Virus record (IMG/VR): IMGVR_UViG_3300022745_000022 | Location: 20,344-84,343 of that record | Source of the DNA: a virus | Direction: 5' to 3' (one strand) | Length of the DNA stretch: 64,000 nucleotides | Part shown: positions 58,806-64,000 of the stretch, piece by piece | Position numbering within the stretch: the first letter of the stretch is position 1 | Layout: the number at the start of each line of letters is the position of its first letter | Program-made: the position numbers and the translations under genes | The notes under the pieces: model-generated | Seen by the model: only the letters and a program-made list of their open reading frames with translations | Told to the model about the DNA's origin: nothing | Databases searched by the model: none

Positions 58806-59291
58806 ATGGTAACATCACTGGATTTTTATAAGCACTACGGAGACCCGGCCTCTCAGAAGTTCAAGGACGCACACATGGTCATCTGGGACGTACCCACGGA
58901 ACTGGAGATCGGTTTCATACCCAAGAAGATCTATTGTAACAAGGACATCATTCCCGTGCTCAGCGCAGGATTCAAGAACCTGATCGACACCGGTCATGTG
59001 GAAGAACTGCTCACCTGGGATGGCTGCTGGAACTTCCGCCCCATGCGGGGAGTGGAGGACAAGTACAAGCAGGCCGAAGACAAGGGTGACTTCCTGGCCG
59101 CGGCACGCTACCTGAGCGTACACTCCTGGGGATGCGCCGTGGATATGAACGCCTCATTAAATCCGCTGGGAGCTGTACCGAAGTTCTCCCCGGAATTTGT
59201 AAATTGTTTCGTCAAGGCAGGCATGGACTGGGGCGGATACTTCAAGCGTCTCGACGGCATGCACTTTCAGTTGGCCGCTTTACCTCAATAA
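58806..59291 (+). CDS. Endolysin, M15 family Zn peptidase (L-Ala-D-Glu type)
   Basis: Motifs WNFRPMRG, SVHSWGCAVDMN, WGGYF and DGMHFQL. ATG 58806 is preferred over the track start 58716. Confidence 0.9.
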   Translation: MVTSLDFYKHYGDPASQKFKDAHMVIWDVPTELEIGFIPKKIYCNKDIIPVLSAGFKNLIDTGHVEELLTWDGCWNFRPMRGVEDKYKQAEDKGDFLAAARYLSVHSWGCAVDMNASLNPLGAVPKFSPEFVNCFVKAGMDWGGYFKRLDGMHFQLAALPQ

Positions 59292-59297
59292 TGCACC

Positions 59298-59732
59298 ATG
59301 AATATCATCGTACGCCACATCCACGAAGTCAAGGATGATACTGGAAGCGTAGCCAGTCACATTCAACAATTCATCAAAAACCAATTTTCAAATCTCAAAT
59401 CACAAATCATGAATGAACTCGAGAATCTCCAAGCACAGATCGCTACCCTGCAGGCCAGCGTAGACGATACCCAAGGTAAGTACCAGAAGGCCATCGACGA
59501 CCTGGAAGTGAGCAACAAAGCACTGACCGACGCCAATACCGCGGCCAATGCCGCCATCGCCACGCTTCAGGCTGCCAATACTGACCTGCAGAACCAGATC
59601 GCCAATGGTGCCACGCCGGCTCAGCTCCAGGCCTTATCGACCACGATCGGTGGTGTGATCACGGACCTGACCACCACTCAGCCCATTGTAGGTGCCACGG
59701 ATGTTCCTCCTGCACCGGCCCCTGCAGGTTAA
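59298..59732 (+). CDS. Hypothetical coiled-coil protein
   Basis: 144 aa with heptad Ala/Gln/Leu-rich helices. Last gene of the late module. Confidence 0.6.
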   Translation: MNIIVRHIHEVKDDTGSVASHIQQFIKNQFSNLKSQIMNELENLQAQIATLQASVDDTQGKYQKAIDDLEVSNKALTDANTAANAAIATLQAANTDLQNQIANGATPAQLQALSTTIGGVITDLTTTQPIVGATDVPPAPAPAG

Positions 59733-59747
59733 TCTCAACAGGACCAG

Positions 59748-59783
59748 AAAAAAAAAGCCCTCCAAGTGGAGGGCTTTCTTATT
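59748..59783. terminator. Bidirectional intrinsic terminator between the convergent late and early modules
   Basis: A9-GCCCTCC-AAGT-GGAGGGC-TTTCTTATT perfect stem, flanked by an A-tract and a T-rich tract. Confidence 0.92.
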
Positions 59784-59792
59784 ACACGCCGG

Positions 59793-60314
59793 TCACAGTT
59801 CGATGAACTCTGAGTGCTTCGGTGGCTGGATGAGTTCTCCGGTGAGCATCTCCTGTGGAATATTCAATTCCTCGGATAGCTTGGAGATGAGTAGTGGTGA
59901 CCTGTACAGCGCCAGTAGCCTGGCATCTGAGATCACGGCTCCATTCATCTCTTCCTGTTTCCACTTCAGCCCTGAGTTCTTGATAATGGCTCGTTTGGCA
60001 ACATCAGGGAACTCGCTGTACTTACCTTGCCGGAACAGTTGAAAGGTGCGCGACCACCTTGCAGATAGCCGGAAGACATGCATGAACGCATTCCCATCTT
60101 CGATCAGGTCAATATGGTAGTTGGATTTGTAAGGATCTTCTGCACCATATCGATCATATACGCGCACCGCCAGCTTGGTGCCGGTGAGGTCCACGTAAGT
60201 ATTCACGAAGTTGTTCGGTCCAAAGTTAAACTGATTGAGTTCAAGTAAAGGCAACAAGTACGTCGCACAGAGGTTGTACTCGTGGATGACCCGTATCACT
60301 GACACTTCACTCAT
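59793..60314 (-). CDS. Conserved hypothetical protein of Bacteroidota phages
   Basis: YLLPLL...FVNTY...LFRQGKYSEF pattern, co-oriented with the replication genes. Confidence 0.55.
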   Translation of the reverse strand: MSEVSVIRVIHEYNLCATYLLPLLELNQFNFGPNNFVNTYVDLTGTKLAVRVYDRYGAEDPYKSNYHIDLIEDGNAFMHVFRLSARWSRTFQLFRQGKYSEFPDVAKRAIIKNSGLKWKQEEMNGAVISDARLLALYRSPLLISKLSEELNIPQEMLTGELIQPPKHSEFIEL

Positions 60315-60326
60315 TTCATAGTGGGT

Positions 60327-61073
60327 TTAACCCAATGTATCCTCAAGACTGTTCTTGGCCTTGTAAATAATCGGTTGAAGCAAAGATAATGGAAGTTCAA
60401 AGAACGGGGACTGTGGGTGATTGGGGCTCATCATCATGACCGTGGAGAGTGTCTCCTGGTAAATGATGTAGCCGTAGTATTCACCGAAGTACTTGATGTA
60501 CATGTCAAGGGGAGTCTTGCCCTTCTTGACCTGCTCCAGGTACTTGACCTCACCCATGCCGGGAATGCCCTTGATATTGTCAGTGGTGTCTCCACAGACC
60601 ATCTGTTCATCAAAGAACTCCTGGGCTTTTCCCGGGGTGATGGTGATCAGCTCGCCGGTGTTGTAGTTGTACAGCTTACCGGGGATCTGCCGCAGGTCTT
60701 TGTCCGGAGAGCAGATAATGGTATCTTCCCGTGTGCAGGCATGCCATGATACAATGTCGTCGGCTTCCAGGTCAGGGATGGATTCAAACTTCCACTCTTC
60801 GTACAAATGGGCCATGATGGCCGGTCTCCATCGTTTGATCTCCTCATTCTCCGGACGTCGCGTTCCCTTGTAGGGAGCGAACTTGTAGATCTGGTTGCGG
60901 AATACAGGACTACTGGAGAGTGCCCCGATGTATTGGTCAGCTTCGATAGTAACCATGATGTTCTGCACGAAGTTGTCCACGGAGTACAGCACCAGGTTCT
61001 GGTCCGCTTCATCACGGAGATTCCAGGCTATGGTGTAGCCGATGGAATCTCCGTCTATGAGCGCTGTTGTCAT
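60327..61073 (-). CDS. 5'-3' exonuclease / flap endonuclease (T7 gp6 / PIN-like)
   Basis: Motifs ALIDGDSI, YKGTR, LEADDIV, SPDKDLRQIPG and GDTTDNIKGIPGMG (H3TH). Confidence 0.92.
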   Translation of the reverse strand: MTTALIDGDSIGYTIAWNLRDEADQNLVLYSVDNFVQNIMVTIEADQYIGALSSSPVFRNQIYKFAPYKGTRRPENEEIKRWRPAIMAHLYEEWKFESIPDLEADDIVSWHACTREDTIICSPDKDLRQIPGKLYNYNTGELITITPGKAQEFFDEQMVCGDTTDNIKGIPGMGEVKYLEQVKKGKTPLDMYIKYFGEYYGYIIYQETLSTVMMMSPNHPQSPFFELPLSLLQPIIYKAKNSLEDTLG

Positions 61074-61573
61074 GGATGAAGGGATAATTCAGCGAGTCGT
61101 TTTTCCAACCGGTCTGCCTCTTCCGATAGACCACTGGCCCTGAGCCCGTTCAGCATCTCATCCTTGCTGTTGAGCAGGAGATGAGCTGCCTGGCGGAACT
61201 TTAGGAGTTGGAAGTAGTCGTCCATGAACACGATGGCAAATCGCCCGCGTTCCATGAACTTCCCTTCCTTGGACTTACCAGTCTTGCGCCAGAGTACGGC
61301 TGGAATACGCTCCATGTTGTGGTCCTGTTCGCGTAGCCCCATGAGGAGCTGCTCGAATTTGACCGGTGACGCACTTGTCTTGGCTTGGAAATCATCGATC
61401 ATCCTGCCATGCTCCGCCTCATTGCGGTTGCACACATCAACACCACTGGCATCCCGGGAACGGTTCTCGCTACGCGTGGTCACTGCGTGCGGGTAGATAC
61501 CCATCGACCGCAGTGCGGTAACGATGGTCCTTTCCCACCTGTGTCCCTCTGATCTGTTCCTGGATGATCCCAT
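61070..61573 (-). CDS. Holliday-junction resolvase-like PD-(D/E)XK nuclease
   Basis: N-terminus SRNRSEGHRWER, then D..GVDV and FQAK. Typical of phage HJR-like nucleases. Confidence 0.7.
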   Translation of the reverse strand: MGSSRNRSEGHRWERTIVTALRSMGIYPHAVTTRSENRSRDASGVDVCNRNEAEHGRMIDDFQAKTSASPVKFEQLLMGLREQDHNMERIPAVLWRKTGKSKEGKFMERGRFAIVFMDDYFQLLKFRQAAHLLLNSKDEMLNGLRASGLSEEADRLEKRLAELSLHP

Positions 61574-61574
61574 G

Positions 61575-62747
61575 TCAGAATGTTTTGAGCAGATTGATCT
61601 GCATGATCTTGTCGTTGGCAGCTTTCACCGCCGCGGCACTCTCCTGGTTGGCTTTGTCGATGCCTTCTTTCACCATCTTGGCGTAGTCAGCATCGGTGAT
61701 GGCCGCATAGGACGAGGAGTTGTAGTACCCACGGTTGACCGCCTTGAAGGTCGAATGTACGAAATACCTCCGTACACGCAGGGCGCCACTACCGTCGTCG
61801 GTGATGGCACCGATATCCATCGGATCCACGAAGATATTGTGTGTGACCGTGCCATCATTCTGGTAGCCACGGATGTAATCCAGGTTACCGATGTGCAGGC
61901 CTGGAACGCAGGACGCATGATCATTGCAATCCACCAGTTCCCAGCTTTCCAGCATGTGAACATGACCGACCTTGATGATATGGCCCAGCTTGTCTCCGCA
62001 GAAGAAGGCATCGCCGCCGTTACGCATGACGGCCGGCTGGAATACACGGTCCTCCACGTACTCCGGATCGATGTAGGACTTCAGGCCGGAATTCTCATCC
62101 ACGGTCCAGTCCCTGCGCTCGACCAGCTTGATGGTGCCTTCTTCCTTGTTGTCCACGACGAATTTCTCGGTGAGCTCATTGCTCACTTTGTAGCTGTTCA
62201 ACAGGCCTTCCTGGGTGAGGCTGGTCTGGAACATCGTGGCCTGTTCCTTGGCATAGGCTTCAGTGGCCCCTGCAGTGATGAGCTGCTTCTTCAGCTCCGG
62301 GTCCACGTAGGTCGTGTTCAGGTAGTTGGCGAACCTCAGGCACTTCTCATGGGAGTAGTTGGGATTGCGCATGAACCTGACCAGGCCCTTGATCACGGGA
62401 GTGACGTCGTTCTTGGTCTCCACGGCCTTGACGATGCGCTGTACGAAAGCGCCAGGGATGGCATGCTTTCCGAGGACACCATCCTTGTACAGGAAGAATT
62501 GACCGGTGGCCTTGTTGATGTGCAGGTAAGGGGTCATGTGCTCGATGGTCTCCGAGTAGTCGTTGGCCGTGAGCACGTTGAATTCCGTCACCAGGGCATT
62601 GAAGCCCTCGATGGTAGTAACCTGGGGAAGCTTGCCGATGAGCTCCAGCATCTTGGAGTATTTCTCATCGCTATAGGTCGTGATGTATGCCTTCCCGTTG
62701 CACACACCGGTGATGTTGTCCTTGACACGATTTGCCGTGATCATCAT
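61575..62747 (-). CDS. rIIB: rIIB-like protein
   Basis: C-terminal SCVPGLHIGNLDYIRGY...IFVDPMDIGAI..DGSGALRVRRYFV resembles the T4 rIIB conserved block. Follows a long upstream partner gene. Confidence 0.7.
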   Translation of the reverse strand: MMITANRVKDNITGVCNGKAYITTYSDEKYSKMLELIGKLPQVTTIEGFNALVTEFNVLTANDYSETIEHMTPYLHINKATGQFFLYKDGVLGKHAIPGAFVQRIVKAVETKNDVTPVIKGLVRFMRNPNYSHEKCLRFANYLNTTYVDPELKKQLITAGATEAYAKEQATMFQTSLTQEGLLNSYKVSNELTEKFVVDNKEEGTIKLVERRDWTVDENSGLKSYIDPEYVEDRVFQPAVMRNGGDAFFCGDKLGHIIKVGHVHMLESWELVDCNDHASCVPGLHIGNLDYIRGYQNDGTVTHNIFVDPMDIGAITDDGSGALRVRRYFVHSTFKAVNRGYYNSSSYAAITDADYAKMVKEGIDKANQESAAAVKAANDKIMQINLLKTF

Positions 62748-64000
62748 TGGACTGGTTTATACGTGAATAGAATATTTGCGTTGCGCTCATGGATGAGCTG
62801 GCGCACCTCTTGGGTGAACTCAGCGTTGGGCTCATGACGATCCCAATCGAAGTACTGCAGGATACCATGTACCGGTTGAAGCAGGTCCCATAGCGTGTTG
62901 ACTGCATCATAGACTGGAAGATCAATGGCATCTGCATTGTTCACATCTCCCGGATCGCCGAACATGGTGGCTACCATAGCCGTGATGGCCTCGTGCTGGT
63001 TAGGGTTGTCCCTGACGAACAACTGGAGGTTGGATACCTTGGCCAGGTAGCTGAGCAGCTCTTCGTTATCCACTGAAGTCTTGTAGTTCTTATGGACATA
63101 TGAGGTCAACTCGGCATACTTCTTCTGAATATCCGGGTTGACGCCTGAGAACATGATCAGGTACTCCATGGCATCCATGCGCGCTTTGATCAATCGTGCA
63201 GTATTGAACTGCTTGAGTTGCTTTGACATGGTGATGGTTCCTTGCTTGATATCCTTAAAGAAAGTCTGGATGTCCTGGAAGTCTTCGAAATACCTGTGGT
63301 ACTTCTCTCCCACCAGCATGAGCCGGATGTGAGGGTTAAAGAATCTCCGGGCTTCCAAATTCACCTCGTACTTATCGCTACTCTCCAGAAGCTTTGGAGT
63401 ACGGTCACGCAAGTAAGCCCTACTGATACCTTCTTCCGTGACATAGCGCCGTGTGCCTTGATACGCAGATGTAACTTGCGTAGCAAGCATCAACAGTGGC
63501 ATGTCATTGAATGTGGCCACATAGACCTCATCAATCGCCCAGTTATCGACACTCTTCGGCTTGACCTCGTACTGGATTTTGGTGCTATTGGCAGATAATC
63601 CGTAGATGGGGATGGTACCTTGAAGCTTGCGACGATCAGCAGCGCTCATATTACGATACTTGACTTTGGCAGCAGGCGCTTCTTCCACGATCTCCTCTTC
63701 CTCGGTTTCCTCTTCAGTGGCCTTGAACTCTGCAGGAACGATCACATCGTCGTAGTCCATGAAGGAAGGCTCCTCATCCAGGGACTGATAGACGAACTGC
63801 AGCGCATCCTGTACGGCCTGCCTATCTTCGTCAGTGGCCTTGTAGCTGAGGAGGTCACTGCTTCGGGTTGCATCCTCCGTACGTTGCACCTTGCGGTATT
63901 TGTAGATCATCTTCACGAACTCCTCATAGTCAAGGTTACCGAAGTTGCGCGCATAGCGCTCATCTTCCGACTTGTACGGTATGACAACCTCGATGTATCC
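62744..64000 (-). CDS. 5'-truncated large protein, probable rIIA-like partner
   Basis: Frame stays open from GTG 63916 to the window end (GYIEVVIPYKSEDERY...), so the gene starts outside the window. rIIA identity is inferred only from adjacency to the rIIB-like gene. Confidence 0.5.
   Translation of the reverse strand, partial: GYIEVVIPYKSEDERYARNFGNLDYEEFVKMIYKYRKVQRTEDATRSSDLLSYKATDEDRQAVQDALQFVYQSLDEEPSFMDYDDVIVPAEFKATEEETEEEEIVEEAPAAKVKYRNMSAADRRKLQGTIPIYGLSANSTKIQYEVKPKSVDNWAIDEVYVATFNDMPLLMLATQVTSAYQGTRRYVTEEGISRAYLRDRTPKLLESSDKYEVNLEARRFFNPHIRLMLVGEKYHRYFEDFQDIQTFFKDIKQGTITMSKQLKQFNTARLIKARMDAMEYLIMFSGVNPDIQKKYAELTSYVHKNYKTSVDNEELLSYLAKVSNLQLFVRDNPNQHEAITAMVATMFGDPGDVNNADAIDLPVYDAVNTLWDLLQPVHGILQYFDWDRHEPNAEFTQEVRQLIHERNANILFTYKPVQ

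Noticed and set aside
1-64000. Stop-codon reassignment (TAG or TGA), as known in some crAss-like phages
   Set aside because: Giant ORFs are intact in code 11, the coding density is near complete, and TAA, TGA and TAG all terminate genes at sensible, coupled junctions.
1-64000. tRNA genes, CRISPR arrays, DGR (RT plus TR/VR), introns/inteins, integrase or transposase
   Set aside because: Intergenic gaps are too short for tRNAs or arrays. I saw no YADD/RT, LAGLIDADG/HNH, intein C-terminal HN-(C/S/T) junction in TerL or RNAP, or recombinase motifs.

Overview
The window is a contiguous piece of a crAss-like (Crassvirales-type) bacteriophage genome. The likely host is a Bacteroidota bacterium: starts are A-rich and lack SD motifs, there are TAnnTTTG-like elements, and two proteins carry Q-rule signal peptides. 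It is read in the standard genetic code and is visibly GC-rich (mid-to-high 50s % in lines sampled by eye, not computed). Positions 1-59732 form one + strand late module. It runs in this order: PD-(D/E)XK nuclease, terminase, portal, scaffold-like protein, major capsid, ring/auxiliary capsid/tail tube genes, a split tail-stabilisation (muzzle) gene, ejected cargo proteins, a 3885-aa virion RNA polymerase (DFDVD motif), tail-fibre/tailspike-region genes, and a lysis cassette (holins, u-spanin-like lipoprotein, M15 endolysin). After a bidirectional terminator, - strand replication/recombination genes follow (5'-3' exonuclease, resolvase-like nuclease, rIIB- and rIIA-like). Four features stand out. 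(i) Two giant carbohydrate-active proteins in the tail-fibre position both start with Sec-type, Gln-exposing signal peptides. (ii) A 4.7-kb seven-gene cassette bounded by ATGAGC sits inside the ejectosome/RNAP locus. (iii) The muzzle gene is split by an Ig/cadherin-like insert. (iv) The vRNAP carries several accessory domains. I saw no tRNA, CRISPR array, integrase, transposase or reverse transcriptase. All product calls come from motif recognition and gene order, not from database searches.
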